This document shows, in pieces, positions 13,802 to 28,316 of a stretch of 64,000 nucleotides of DNA. A program made the position numbers and the translations under genes. The DNA is from Eledone cirrhosa (lineage: Eukaryota). Location: contig OZ024743.1 of assembly GCA_964016885.1 (NCBI GenBank), positions 97,526,001-97,590,000 on the forward strand, in the 5' to 3' direction. The notes under the pieces are model-generated. The model searched no databases, was not told where the DNA came from, and worked only from the letters and a program-made list of their open reading frames with translations. Each line of letters opens with the position of its first letter. Position 1 is the first letter of the stretch.

Positions 13802-13875
<74 letters not shown>

Positions 13876-14252
13876 CGTATGCGTGTGTGTTTCTTTTATA
13901 ACATGTCTTTTATTATGTATATGCGTCGTTATATATATATGTATGCTTGTATCTGGGCGGTTAGTATATTTTGTTCACCGTTTGTTCAAATACTTATTTC
14001 ACATACAAATGTTTCTCAAACCGATTGACGTCTTGAAATTGATAATAACGCAATGATATTTCTCTTTGTTTTGGTTGCATTATATTTTGAGTAATTTTCA
14101 TCGTAATATTATTTTCAATTATAACCAGTGTTAAGATAACTCTATTCGAAATTATGATGTTTATATGATATAACAATATATAGAGTCAATGGAAGGCTAC
14201 GTCCCTGGTTCTTCAAGTTGTGGCTCAAGGCTTTCTAGAGTTCGGTTGTATT

Positions 14253-14541
14253 CAGGGTTGGACTTAGACCCTATGGAGCTGGGGGCATTTCAGGTTTAGG
14301 AGGCCCCGCTCATACACAAGAAATTAGAATACCAGCAAACATCTCAATTTTACATATCAAATTTAGCTTGGTGCAAGTAATTGGAATTGAAATACAGGTA
14401 TTAAATTCAAAAGCTCTAACCATCCTAAAACTAAAAGGTCCAGCTGAGGGCATAAACAAATTGTTGCGACCGTCGCTGTTGGGGGCCGCACCGCTGGGAT
14501 CACGATGCAATTACACCATTTAATTCATTAAATCCGGCCCT
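14253..14541. mobile_element. Probable hAT-type MITE remnant
   Basis: Ends cagggttggacttag and taaatccggccct fit a CAGGGCCGGATTTA-type TIR, with internal ggggcc/ggcccc subterminal motifs. No TSD recognised. Confidence 0.5.
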
Positions 14542-14642
14542 TTGCAGCATAGAGTTACGGCCCTTTATGATCTGAGTTCAAATCCCACCGAGGGTAATTT
14601 GACTTTCATCCTTACAGGGACGATAAAATAAAGTAGCAGTCA
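14542..14642 (+). mobile_element. SINE internal fragment
   Basis: gcagcatagagttacggccctttatgatctgagttcaaatcccaccgagg...gataaaataaagtagcagt. Confidence 0.8.
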
Positions 14643-15391
14643 AGGATTTAATAACACCACCCCCCCCACCCCCCCAAAAAAAAATTACTCGGAAACCATT
14701 ATTTAGTATTAACAACATGAACTTACACTGCAATATTTAGTTTTAGGATGGTTAGAGCTTATGCATTTAATACCTATATATTTTCAATTTCAATTACTTG
14801 CAGTAAGCTAAATTTCATACGTAAAGTTGCAGTTTAAGTCGTAGGTGTAGTAATGTTAATTGCCTTTCCTTTAAGATACAGTGTCAAGGTGAATTATGCT
14901 TAAGCGTTTGGAGTAGAATAATCTGACTTACAAATTGCCTGGCAACTAAAGGAATCCCTAAACTGAAATGCAAAGGAGAATTTAAATGAATGAACAAAAT
15001 AATTTCATTCAAAAACATTTAATTAGTTGATATAACTTTTGGCAAAAAGACTAGACTTCTTTCCTTTTAATAACTTCATTGTAGAGATGAAATTCTCATC
15101 CATATTAATTTTGATCGGTTTTATTTCGAGTCATCATCAAATCGTTTCGTGATATGTAGATAATATGAATCTCGATATAAATCGTATATAAACAGGGATT
15201 ACTAATGTTCTTATCGGATATTTCAGCCATATGTATAATAAAGGAATGTACAATTATGAATCTGTGCACGAAGGTATTCAAATAGTGTTATCGAAGTATT
15301 CGGAATAGTATTAATATTACATTTATTGCTATCTAGACATTTGTTGCTCTGCTTTTAATATATGTATGTTGTGGTTTGGGTACTATAAAGA

Positions 15392-15523
<132 letters not shown>

Positions 15524-15827
15524 GAGAGAGAGGTATTCATTATATTACGGCTAATTAGTGAATCTTGTTATTCTGGAGTATTGGCTGTTTTCACAGTTCC
15601 ATGCTACAAGAATCTGATGACCATTTGGTAAACAGGCAAAACTCATGGTAACAAGATTCACTAATAGAATTGATATTATATCTCTACTTCACTATTGAGT
15701 CCTTTCTCTCAGCCGTCAGCTATGTACGAATACACATACACACACGCACAAACACACACACACATACATACATATATATATATAACCCATATATATATTT
15801 AACCCATATATATATATACATATATAT

Positions 15828-16009
15828 AACGAACGATGTGTGGTAAGGAACCAGATGGACCATAACGCAGAGAGTACTGAATATTTAGGGTAGTAGAGTG
15901 GGTAATAGGAAAATGTTCAAGACCCCGACGGCAGAGCTCAAGCCGTTTCGACGAAACAACCGTCGAAACGGCTTGAGCTCTGCCGTCGGGGTCTTGAACA
16001 TTTTCCTAT
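15828..16009 (-). mobile_element. Hairpin-plus-tail element, copy 1 (perfect 49-bp arms 15905-15953 and 15961-16009)
   Basis: Flanked by (TA)n. Arms contain the 3' half of a hammerhead: GAAA-CGGC-ttgagctct-GCCG-TC. Confidence 0.9.
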
Positions 16010-16341
16010 ATATATATATATATATATAACCCAGCGAGCCCGGAAAACCGTTTGGCTTACACGAATAACTTAGACATAGTTATATTGTCCTGCATTCCAG
16101 AGCACAATAAAACACGAATTAAGGTACAAAACATGTAATTATCTTGTTTAGCCAAGTATTTCCTCTTTATAGCAGAGTAATCTAAACGGGGAGAAATGTT
16201 TCACAAAATTCTCCAAAGAACCCTTGTTTTGTATATTACAATACAAGATGACAGTTATAGAGCCTTTCATACACTATTAACCGACTTATTAATATTTATA
16301 CGGTTTTCCGACTTCTTAATATTTAGACGGATTTTATGTAA

Positions 16342-16518
16342 ATATCGGTAGAGGGTCGGACGCCATGCTTTGCAGCAAAGAGTTACGGCTCTTTATGGTC
16401 TGAGTTCAAATCCCGCCGAGGTTAAATTTGCCTTTCATCCTTACGGGGGTCGTTAAAATAAAGTACCAGTAATACACTGGGATAATTGATGGCCTTGTGC
16501 CAAAAATAGAAACAATTA
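16342..16518 (+). mobile_element. Octopus-type SINE
   Basis: B-box-like gagttcaaatccc; core tttgcctttcatccttacggggg; tail ggccttgtgccaaaaatagaaacaatta. Confidence 0.9.
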
Positions 16519-18148
16519 AACCGATACTTATATTTAGTGTTTAGTAACAAGAAGAGTGTGAAAGAAGATTTTGTAAAATGAAAATTCTATATATCTGCGT
16601 TAAAATGCTTTAGGAAAATATGATAAATATTTACATAAAATGTAAACTACATCTGACTAAAAATTAATGTAGAATATGTACATAATGGATAACGTAAAAA
16701 ATCCACAAACTTTCGTATACAAAATTACTTTACATATAACACAAGGACCTAACTATTCCAATAAACTGGCGCCCTTTCCTTGCTCAGATTGTCTACCTTT
16801 ATACATATATGATATCAAACCGGGAAAAAAGATAAACACCGGTTTATTTGATCATGGATATCCAGGAAATAAATATACTGATTTACATTAAAATATATTT
16901 CGAATCAATACCACAGTATGGAGTATATACAAATTTGATTTATTATTTAAAATTTATAATTTGTATCCCGAAATACAATAAATGCGATGTAACCGTCTAT
17001 ATGAAGTAGTCGAGATACAACCGATCAATTTCCTGAAATGTCAAATCATACTGCATTAATACTTTAATGTCAAAGACTCTCCACTTGATTTCATTTTAAC
17101 CAGTTTCCTTAATCTCCTTGGACAGACATGTACGGAATGTCACCTAAGCAGCCTTATATTGTTTATCACAGTATTTTACCAGCATCTTGTGCATTAGAAT
17201 TCTTTTGACACACATTATTTAAAATGTATAAATCTACCTCTTTCTCCAGATTTCATTTCAAACAAACCGATAAAAGTATATTTATAGATAAATGCAACGA
17301 TATGCGATATTAACGTTACAGATGCATATATTGTATGTGGGAAAGGTATTTGGGGAACATATAATATATATAAGCAAAACATTGTTAAGCATTTATTTTT
17401 ATACAGTTTTTTAATGAATACAATTACATTACTTATTCCTATTAAAAGTCCCTTTTATACTAATCTGTAATTTGATACTGACGATCATGTGACTTGATTG
17501 CAGTGTAAAGAGAAATGGCTGATGATCACCCATTGATTCAAGAGCTTCGTTTCCGGCTTGGGCTGCAACCATTGTTGTCCTGATGCCTGTCACCGTCCGT
17601 GCACTCAGATGGGAAAATATGAAGAACAGTTTGCTGATGATCACATCACAGCTTGATACTACATCATTGGCAATGAGTTCAAAGTTTGCCAGGATAAGTA
17701 ATATTCTTTTGTCTAATGACTTTATGACTACAGTTCAGAATCAAACTGAGTCAGGCTTTTTCTGAGATGTATTTATATATGTGTATTTTTTTATATTTAC
17801 TGTGATCGAAGTGACAACGCCTGAAGTGAACATAGACATTTATTTTTAACCCAAATTCACTAACACGTGTCACGCATTTATGGCTGGGAGGGGGGAACAA
17901 CATATTTACCATAATCTTTGCGCGGTAAAGGTTTTGTATTTCATCCGCCGCCCTTCTAAAACAACCAGGAATCTGTTTTGGAGCGTCATTTTTAGTGACT
18001 GACATCCCGCAGCAGGTAACAAGTCTGGTATTTTCTTAAGTCAAGGGAAATAATCATTTATAAAATGGAATCTGCTAGCGATTTGGTCTGATCAACACTA
18101 TGAATATTATATTCACACAGACACACACAGACACATACACACATGTAT

Positions 18149-18191
<43 letters not shown>

Positions 18192-18244
18192 CATGCATAC
18201 ATATATATACGTATATATATACATACATGCATACATATATATAC

Positions 18245-18294
<50 letters not shown>

Positions 18295-19619
18295 ATGTGT
18301 AATATATTGTGAAATCAAAATTGATTGAGACATGCCAAGATAATTTGAAATTCAATGTGTGAGTGTGCTTGGCTAATTGTTTATGCATGGTTTGTAAAAA
18401 TCTAAAATATGTTTGGCTTTATTAAATATTCGAAATATTGCGTCTAAATTTTCCCACTCTCAATATTTTCTGTATGCAAAAAAAACAAAATTAACTAAAT
18501 TTTTATTGTCACTAATTTTGATGCTATTTTGAAGAGAGAAAATAATCAAAATAAGCTTTTTGTACTTCAAATTTTTAATTGTTAATCTGTCTTTCAATGT
18601 TTTGAAAGTTTGCAACCTTAACGCTTTATCTACTGATTGAGTATCTTTTGTGAGCTAATTGTCAAAATATCAAATATGAACAGACGCCATTTGAAACTGT
18701 GATTATGCTAACATTGAGTGCTGCGCACAAGAAACTGTCATTCATACTTTGTCATCAACGAATCAGTTTGCATTAAAACCAGGCCTTTTTTAAATTCCAT
18801 TATGACGTTTCTTGGTTCATCATACAATTGATATTTTTGTAAAAAGAAAATATTTTCCAACTTTCTTGGCATAGAATATCCATTAAAGTTTCTTCTTCCA
18901 ACAATGGACAGACGGATTGTGATCTATCTGATGACGACTGTTGTAAAACCTATATACATCAATATTTATTGTAACAGCATTTACAGTAAATGAATAACAA
19001 TTGTTAATAATAAATGATTGATAGCTATCGTTTGATAAAATCTTAAAATTAGTTTAATTATTAAGGATAAAGAGGTAATAGCGAGATTATGGCCATGATG
19101 GTGAAACAATAATTTCAAACACAAATCGTAACAAGGTTTAGAATTTTATTTATCAAAATGTTATCTCTTATTCATTTAGGCTAGACTAAATAAGCATCTC
19201 ATCGTAAAATACTTGTCAGAGCTATTTAGGTATCATTCTTATATAGTGCATCCCTCCCACCAAAGTGTTTATATGTTCAAAGCTGCTCACAATCAGATGA
19301 TATATATCTATTTGGGACATTGTGTTAGAAATGGTGGATTTCAGAGATGTAACTCTCGACTACAACTTATACGTAAGAGTGTAATGGATTCTTGTCGGGA
19401 GAGCTAGGAGGCCATATCTTTGGGATAACATGATCCTGAAGATTGTAAGACATCCTTTTTGGGGTCGTCTTCGTTTTATGAAATGGTGCAGTCTTGTTGG
19501 TAGTTGCACAGTTTTCCTTTGTTCACGCTCTCTATTCAGAGCATCAAAACCCTCCCCAATACCTCCTTATAGTCAGAAACGTTGACCCTCGAGACTTGAG
19601 GTGAGACATGAGGAGGGGT

Positions 19620-20085
19620 GACAACTCTCTTGTTGCTGACGAATCCAACAACCATCACAGAGTGTTTCATCATTCGAACGTCTTTAGAATCTTTGCATAA
19701 TCATCTGCCATTCCTTCGGTGGTCTTTTGCTCATGTTTCTCAGGTGCCTCCACCTTGTATTTTATGGTTCTTCCCCTGCTCGCTCCTGTAACGCCCAACC
19801 TTGTACAGGATATATTAAGAAAATGACCAGTGCACTCTCAAATTCCAGCCTGAACTGGCATACACATAGCTCTCCACATAATTTCGCTGCTGACCTCTAC
19901 GTAACGCTGTTACTTTGACCACTTTCTTATTCTTCCTTATCCACCTTCTTCCAAGCAACAGTTAGCTCCAGGAAACTGCTGAGTATTGTCATCTTGGAAA
20001 TGAAGATGTCTGACTGATCTCAACAGGAACTGAGTGATATGTGATGAAAGCCTCAGCTACATCTCATTAAACATCTCAACTGTTA
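19620..20085 (-). pseudogene. Degenerate RTE-type LINE 3' end
   Basis: Minus-strand fragments 'CTGHFL', 'GVTGASRGRTINTRW' resemble the RTE C-terminal GH..R / G.R.RGRP...W motifs. Confidence 0.5.
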
Positions 20086-20206
20086 TTAACTAGTCTCTCA
20101 TATTGAATCCCGTAGTACTTATATCGCTCATACACACAAAGACAAACACACATACACACACGCACACACTAACATACACGCACACACACATACCCCCCCC
20201 CCACAC

Positions 20207-20237
<31 letters not shown>

Positions 20238-20238
20238 T

Positions 20239-20427
20239 AACGAAGGAAATGTGGTAAGGAACCAGATGGACCATAACGCACCAAAGTACTCGATACTTAG
20301 GGTAGTAGAGTGGGTAATAGGAACAAGTATGACCCCGGCGGCAGAGCTCAAGCCGTTTCGACGGCTAATTCTGGACTGAATTAGCCGTCGAAACGGCTTG
20401 AGCGCTGCCGTCGGAGTCATACTTGTT

Positions 20428-20432
<5 letters not shown>
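20239..20432 (-). mobile_element. Hairpin-plus-tail element, copy 2
   Basis: Same family as 15828-16009. Arms 20317-20371 and 20378-20432, in (TA)n. Confidence 0.9.
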
Positions 20433-20487
<55 letters not shown>

Positions 20488-20879
20488 CATAGTGCTCTAG
20501 GTGTTAATTCCTGGTTGTTGTTATATAATTAATTGAAATAAAATATAGTTCATACCATGACATCTATAATCTTGATCATGAAACTTTTATGAAATGCCGA
20601 AACCTACATTAAAATTACTTTTATTATTATCAGCACCAACATCATCAACAATATCATCATCATTATCAGCAGCAGCAGCAACAACAGAATAATTATTAAG
20701 ATTATCATTATTCCTATTGAAATGGTGATCTTTAGTTGTTTTAATGTCTAATTATTTTACTATATGGCGGGAAATAGCTGATGGCTTTAACAGAATTATT
20801 TTAAGTCGAATTATATCAAGTCATGGAATATGATAGACTCGAGTTCTATACAATATACGATCTCCTGTAGACTTGGCGC

Positions 20880-21060
20880 TTCACAAATTCCATATTGAAC
20901 TTCTAGTGACCGAGTATTTCTCGCTCCTACTTAAACCAATTCTATAGATCACACATTTATGATCGATATAGCAGACCATTTGTACTACCGACGACCTGTA
21001 TTGAACGTTCCCGTTGACCCTATATAAATAGCATCTGGATGACCAGGTGTTGCTGATCCA
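20880..21060 (-). pseudogene. Possible mariner transposase remnant
   Basis: Frameshifted 'ERSIQVVG..KW/VCYIDHK...W' loosely matches mariner EPFLDRIVTGDEKWVLYDN...W. Confidence 0.3.
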
Positions 21061-21419
21061 TGTCCACACTGATAATGTAGTCAGTAGTTCACTAGCAATT
21101 TAAAAATTCTGAGCAAGTCTTCTAGGATGTTATACTACCTGCTTGTATAGACTAGTTCTACAAAATTCTATTTTACGTCTATGACACTGCTCTATTCAGT
21201 GTGTTTAGGGATGTCATTGTACCTTTCAGAGACAGGAAGGAGGTGTAATTTTACTTCATATTTTAGTTAATATATGTTTTTCTGGTGCAAGTAAAAGGCC
21301 GATGAATGGAAGGGACAATATTTACCATTTTTTAAACATTTTATTTTTATCACTTCTATATAACTCTGTATAGCTATATATATATATATATATATATATC
21401 AATCGACTTTCGCCAAATC

Positions 21420-21604
21420 AGACCGAAGAAAAAATGTTTCCGTTGGATTTCCAGTTGCTAATACTATCTATCTCAACTCCAGGTAGAAAGAGCAACGTGA
21501 AATAAAATGTCTTACTCAAGGACATAACGCATCACCCGCTCCTGGAATCAAACTCACAACCTCAAGATTGCGAATCCAATTGTCTAACCACTCAGCCACA
21601 CGCC
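21420..21604 (-). mobile_element. Second tRNA-derived SINE family
   Basis: Minus strand has ggcgtgtggctgagtggttag (A box), gagtttgattcc (B box) and the core tgtccttgagtaagaca. Confidence 0.75.
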
Positions 21605-22471
21605 ATACGTTATATAAAAGAGAGATGTTTGTTGCTTGTTTGGTTGGTTCATTTGCGCATCACAAACAAAACGAAAGCTGAAAATCGAAATGTAGGTAGA
21701 GCAATGGAATAAGGATATACCTAGGAAGGTTTATTTATACTAATTCAATAAAATCAAAGAAAAGGGAAAACAGCCCGTGTATGCTAATCAAACTAACTGC
21801 TATTTCTAGCAGAATTCTCTCTGCGCGTTCCTTGTCAGTAATGCTCGAGTTTCGCGACCAGCGTCTCCGATTCGAATGCTGGTTTACAATTACACCAATA
21901 TACACACACATGCACATATACAAATACACGTGTGCAAACACACACACATACACACACACATAGACATGCGCGTTCACACAGACATACACACACACATTTA
22001 CATCTATATCTATATATAATATAAAATATTGAACTTCTATAATCCCTTTGATAAACGTGGACCAGCCATGTCTATACAATGACACACTTTACAGTCAAGC
22101 GGAAGATGAAACATCTCCTAATGTTCACTATTCTTGGAGGCAATCATCAAGGAGAAAATGCATCCCCAAGATTCCTCTTATCCTCTAACGAGGTGCCATT
22201 CAATTACTCAAGACTTCAGTTCCCCGTTAAAAACAGTTTTGCTATGACCATAAAGTTGAGAGTTTCAAAGCTGTAAGATTGAATATAAGAGAATCACTTT
22301 TTATTTATAGACATTTATATGTAGGTTGTTCACATAGTGGAAACACCTAGAAATCATCATATACTATATACAAACGATAAATCGAAGAATAGAGTGAATC
22401 TGGAAGATCTTTTACATTTTTTTTCTTTTGTCACACACACACACACACATACACACACGCACACACACACA

Positions 22472-22540
<69 letters not shown>

Positions 22541-22731
22541 AGTATACACACACCATTGTCCCGCCTGTTTCTGTAAACCAGACAACGCATCCAATACAGT
22601 CATTTTCTTTTCTACCTATCTTCTATCATCTGTTTACCCGGGCGAAGCTGAGTACATCAGCTAGTGTGTATGTATATATATATATATATATATATATACA
22701 TACATACATATATATACATATATATATACAT

Positions 22732-23341
22732 ATGGTGGCTGCCAACTCGTTTTCGAGTACGGCCACTACTTTATACCCATGTAGGAGAACTCCTACCGAT
22801 GCACTGAACGAGTGTGACTTTTTACTCCAGCCAGCGACTTGAAAACTCTGGTACAAACACTACACTTTTGACAATTATTGACACATAGTGCTGGGCCCAT
22901 GGTACCATGTGACGACAAGTGCAGAGAGATCTCCAGATATAAAGCAATGCCTGTGCCGTGAAGCTTTTATAGTGAGCAAAGGCACTGCACAAAGCCAGTC
23001 CCACTCTCTTAACCAAGATGATATTTACCAAAAAGAAGAACAAGTCAACATCATTGGATACCACCAGAGTTGCAGGTGTTATATCAGAGTTTTCCTTCTC
23101 CTAGAATTCTGCCTTGACAAAGGCTAAGGGGTCATCTCTCTCGGTGATTTTGGATGGCCATTGACTCTTAAGAGCTCCTTTGCCCTTTGACAGGTTTTGT
23201 TTTTATTCCTGCAGGATATCCAAAGTGACCCTCCTCACCAAGAAACCTTGGTGGGGTTGCCAGTTTAGTCGCAAACGACCCGACCATGAGACAGGTTGTA
23301 CTGGGATACATGTTACCAGTAGCACCAACTGGTGGCCTGAC
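22732..23341 (-). mobile_element. Non-autonomous RTE-derived element, about 610 bp, copy 1
   Basis: Near-identical to 49963-50567. The 3' end translates as KCSVCTRVFKSLAGVKSHTRSVH (C2H2 finger seen at RTE C-termini). No RT. Flanked by CATA/TA repeats. Confidence 0.75.
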
Positions 23342-23401
23342 ATACACATGACATACACATATATGTATATATATGTCTATATATATATATATATATATAC
23401 A

Positions 23402-23468
<67 letters not shown>

Positions 23469-24085
23469 CATACATACATACATACATGAATAAGATTGAA
23501 GTTATATTTTAAACAAATATTTGTTAAATATCTGGTCCTAATTTTAAGTAATCCCATAACAGATCTTTAATAGTTTATTTATGTATTAATTTCTCTACTA
23601 ATTTCTCTCTAACGCATCATGATATTTAATAGCATTGTTGCTCAATGATGACTATTGTACTCTTAATATATGACTAGGAACGTATCGTATATTATCATAA
23701 ATAAAACAATAGTATGTTTAGTATCCAGTATAAACGGAAATGAATTCTGTTAAATAGAGACAACAGTGTAAAAATATGAAATCGTAACAGTAAACGTCAC
23801 CTACCATAATCTTGTAGTTTAAGAATATACAATTATCGACTGTTTTGTGTTTCATGTGATAAGGAATGATAAATTTAAATATTATAAAATCGATTGGTCT
23901 ATTATAAGACTGGTGAATAGTTTGCGTCGGATTATATACAGTTTTCTCTTTATAAATTTATGGATAATCTACATCAGGAAGCTCAGAATTACGATTCAAT
24001 TTATAATAAAATCTAAACGTAAATTTTTTTATTGAATAATCTTTTCTTCGTTTCTTCGTTTGTAAAAATAAATGTTCACTAATCC

Positions 24086-24196
<111 letters not shown>

Positions 24197-24210
24197 TACA
24201 CCCACACATT

Positions 24211-24244
<34 letters not shown>

Positions 24245-27200
24245 CATACACACATGCAAACGCACACATATGTATATAACATCGAAGAGGAAATCTATGG
24301 GGATATTCAATGAAAAGGATGAGGGAGTTAGGGTGTATTTTAATTTTTGTTTGCATTTCGTTTTATACCAGCTGCTTATGAAAACAAGAAAATATTTTAA
24401 AGCAAATTTGTATATTTGATTTACATCAGACAAACAAATGCTACAATCAGCGCATTTAAATATTTTACCAGCTGCTCGTTTAACCTTGAAACTTATTTTT
24501 TACACATGTTAAATTCTTCTCAACATCTCACATGTCGTGTCTTATTCACCTAATATATTTTAAAGACATTTCCATGTACTTAGTCTTATATATTTCTATC
24601 GCTATTTCTATAGCTATGCTCTCTATCTCAACGCTACATATATTTTGCTGGTGCGTAAATTCAAATCATATTTTGTGTATTTAGGAAGTATATAATATAT
24701 AGACATAATAATCTGTAAATTAGCATATATTCTTCTATTTGCCATTATCACAATGGATGCTACGTATTCCAACAAGCAATATAGAAAATTTTAAAAATAC
24801 GTTATTTTTACGGTTCATCATTAGGATGTCAGGCTGCTGTATTTTCATCCTTGTAAGAACAATCTCAAAACATAAGAAATATCATTATTTGGTTCCCTGT
24901 TCCTCTCATATACTATATATTGTATAACACCATTTAAAACGATATAATTAGAGACCTGTCCACTTTTATAGATGTATCCTTTCAAAAGCCTGATCTCCAT
25001 ATAAAATATTCATTATCATTAACACCCTACACATATTTATTTACATTAAAATAACCAATAAGTATGTTTTGGTGTGGTTTTCATCCTTGAAATGTAATTA
25101 ATAGTTATTGATTATGATATTTCAATGTTTTTATTCACGAGTAAACGTTCTCCTAGTGCAAGATGATTTCAACAACTAATTAAACGTCTTAAAATATTGC
25201 TTTCTTGAGATCATGATCAGTCAAATACATTGAAACCTTAGCTAACATTCATATTTAAAGCAGTTAGAATATAACTTTTCAATTTTTGTATTTTTATTAT
25301 TATAATTTTAAATTTCATTTGAAATTTCCTACGCAGAATCCGACGAGTTGACGTTGCATTCTTTTCGAATCGGGAAATTTACCAAAATGAAATCATTTGT
25401 TGAAGCCTAATAAAAAATATTTGATTACATCATTGAAGAGGCAATCTACTATTAAGTGTTGATATATTGTTATCAGTACTCCATGGCATTACTTTATATT
25501 CTTTTACAAAAAATTCTAATATATCTCAACAAATGGCACTGTGAAACTCTATTCATTTAATTAACATTATCATTTGTTTTTAATGAGATTGGTTCATTTT
25601 TATTGAAGGCTCAAATTACTTTTCCCATATTTTCAGTTTAAGACAATTTATATTTATTTCATGAATTCATAGACGTTTATCATCTCAATATCCTCCAGTA
25701 TAAATCCATGTATTTTATACAGTATTCACCGAAATTTGAAAAACATTTAATTGAATTCTTAAATGTGTTTATTTGTTCTTTTTCCTGTTCTTAGTTGAAT
25801 AATTAATGAGATAATTTGTAAATGTTAAACACAAAACACAGTTACCATTAATAAGAAATATTAAAAGAATTTTGGAATAATTTTCTTGGTGAACTAATTG
25901 ATGAACCAACATCATTAACATGGTAGCTTTACATTAGGAAATAACTTTTACTAAATTGTTCGATAATAAAAGCATAGTTTCTGCAGCTGTATAACTTATG
26001 GCAATCAACTAGTGGCTCGGAAGAACATATCAAGGACCTCAAAAAGGTGAGCAATAAATTAATCCCAATTTTTTTATAAATAGGATTTTTCTTTAGTAAA
26101 CACGAAATAATTAATTTATAGACCATGATTTAATGGATTTGAAATACTAGCATGAGCTAACGTTCCAGACCTATAATTTATTGTATTGGTTTTGAAGTCC
26201 CATGATCTGACTGAAAGAATAGAAATCATGTATATGATGTAAAACACGAAATGTCAAGAATTGCTCTGAGCTCTTTGTTTTGTCTATTTGAGTTTTGTGA
26301 ATAATAACAGTAAAATATTACTAAGAATGTATTTTTATAAAATGTGGTTCATTCTCCTAATACCAGTGGGAAACATGTTGCTGAATACATTAAAAAAATC
26401 TGTTCATAATATATTTTTCAATATGTATAATAATAGCCATGGATTTGGTTTTATGTGGACTTGCTCAAAACCGTTAATCATTTATTACGCAAATAGCTGT
26501 CCACCCCAAACTTGCGAAATTAATAATATATAACTTTAAGGTCTGATTGTTGTATTTGCTTGCTCCAATGTGGTAGAATTTATTTAAGAGACAAAGTAAA
26601 TTAAACATCATCAACCTCGTCAATTACAAACACCCTCATAACTATAGTGCTACATGTTAAATTATCCTTGGTCAAGAAATTATTATAACTGGCATGTTCT
26701 GCTTGTCAGCTATGTTTACTATAATGGTTACTCGTATTTAAATGTAATACTCAGTACAACATCCGGTAAACTTCGTGGAAATTATTAATTCCTGTCACAT
26801 CGCCAGAATTAAACAGTATTTCAATATTTCAATTGCTTGGTAGTAGGATTGGTGACAGTTTGCGAAAGATATATACCAATTAACTTTAGATGTTAAAAGC
26901 TTTCTGTTGAAAGAGAATAAATATAATTCGTTCATAAAATCTTACGCCTCACTCCAACATTTTCATTAACGATTTTGCTGCTATGCAAAATGATTAACAC
27001 ATATAGGTCAAATCTATTTACAGTCTATATCAACAAATTAGAACGCTTTTTCAAGTGATTCTTTACGTTAACTTATTCCGTATTTTCGAAAAGCATTTTC
27101 AATAATATTGTATCTTAATATGCAATGATGTAATGCATTTAGGGTGTTCAGAACGAGCGCAATGTCGGGGTTACGATTTCTACACTTGATGGCTTCTTGT

Positions 27201-27700
27201 ATGCAAGATAAATCAAGTTGTTTCGGTTTTCCGGCGATGTTGTTACTAGCGGCATTTCTACCTCAACATTGGCCTCTCCCTTGGACAATGCTGGAGTCGT
27301 GGAAATGGGAGACTTGCATGTATGGGTGATTGTTGGATATTTAACAAAATACCTTGACCAGACATGCATTTGGACGTTCTGTAAATGGAAACATAAGGCG
27401 AATAGGAATGTGTATAGATTGATATTTCTCCTCACACACACACATATATACATATGTATGTATGGTCCCGTAACTCCTGATAGAGTCATAGAAGCGCCGT
27501 AGTGACATGCGGCGATTCTTGTACAATTTAAAATTTGGCGGAGCCCATCTCCACACCAAGTTAGAATTTCAGAACTTCAGATTTCTTCTAGAGAAGCATA
27601 GAGTGAGAGAATGGAAGTAGGGAAGAGATCGAGAGGAAGAATCAATTCCAGTACTATACTTGTAATTTTATCGATCTTACATGGATGAAAGGCTGATCTC

Positions 27701-27744
<44 letters not shown>

Positions 27745-27778
27745 TTGTATATTCATTTTTTCCATTACCATTATAAGG

Positions 27779-27863
27779 GGTATGACGAGCCGCGGATTAC
27801 AGAGTCGGGATAGATCGATACAGATCGAACCTTGAGCTGATCAGTGGCGAAACGCGTGTCACC
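27779..27863 (+). ncRNA. Type I hammerhead with long stem II and a C3-to-A substitution
   Basis: ggt-ATGACGA-gccgc...(about 60 nt)...gtggc-GAAA-CGCGTG-TC-acc. Palindromic ACGCGT in stem III; GUC triplet. Lies inside a microsatellite-flanked island at about 27745-27997. Confidence 0.65.
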
Positions 27864-27994
27864 AACCAATAATCGTCCTTGTCATTTTGTTTTACTTTAA
27901 TACACTCTGTCTAGCTCTACACATCGACACTGAAGTGAACCTAAACATCGAGTGCTCATCTGTGAACCTACAGTAACTCCAAGTTACATTCCCT

Positions 27995-28055
<61 letters not shown>

Positions 28056-28058
<3 letters not shown>

Positions 28059-28280
28059 TGAACACACTAAAGAGACTATATATATATATATATATTCTGA
28101 ACACACTAAAAAGACTGTATATATATATATATATTCTGAACACACTAAAGAGACTGTATATATATATATATATATATATTCTGAACACACTAAAGAGACT
28201 GTATATATATATATATATATTCTGAACACACTAAAGAGACTGTATATATATATATATATATTCTGAACACACTAAAGAGA

Positions 28281-28316
<36 letters not shown>

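Noticed and set aside
15614-15640. CTGATGA-ccatttgg-taaa; other lone CTGATGA at about 18928 and 44687
   Set aside because: No GAAA box or stem I complement; expected by chance.
17490-17760. Possible hAT transposase relic (minus-strand CTDG...HC)
   Set aside because: Only two tiny motifs in different frames; too weak to call.
21540-21604. tRNA gene
   Set aside because: A and B boxes belong to a SINE head; no complete cloverleaf.
25300-27100. Possible old DNA transposon (hAT dimerisation-like 'STSGSEEHIKDLKKV' near 26000)
   Set aside because: One weak motif with no TIRs or continuous frame.
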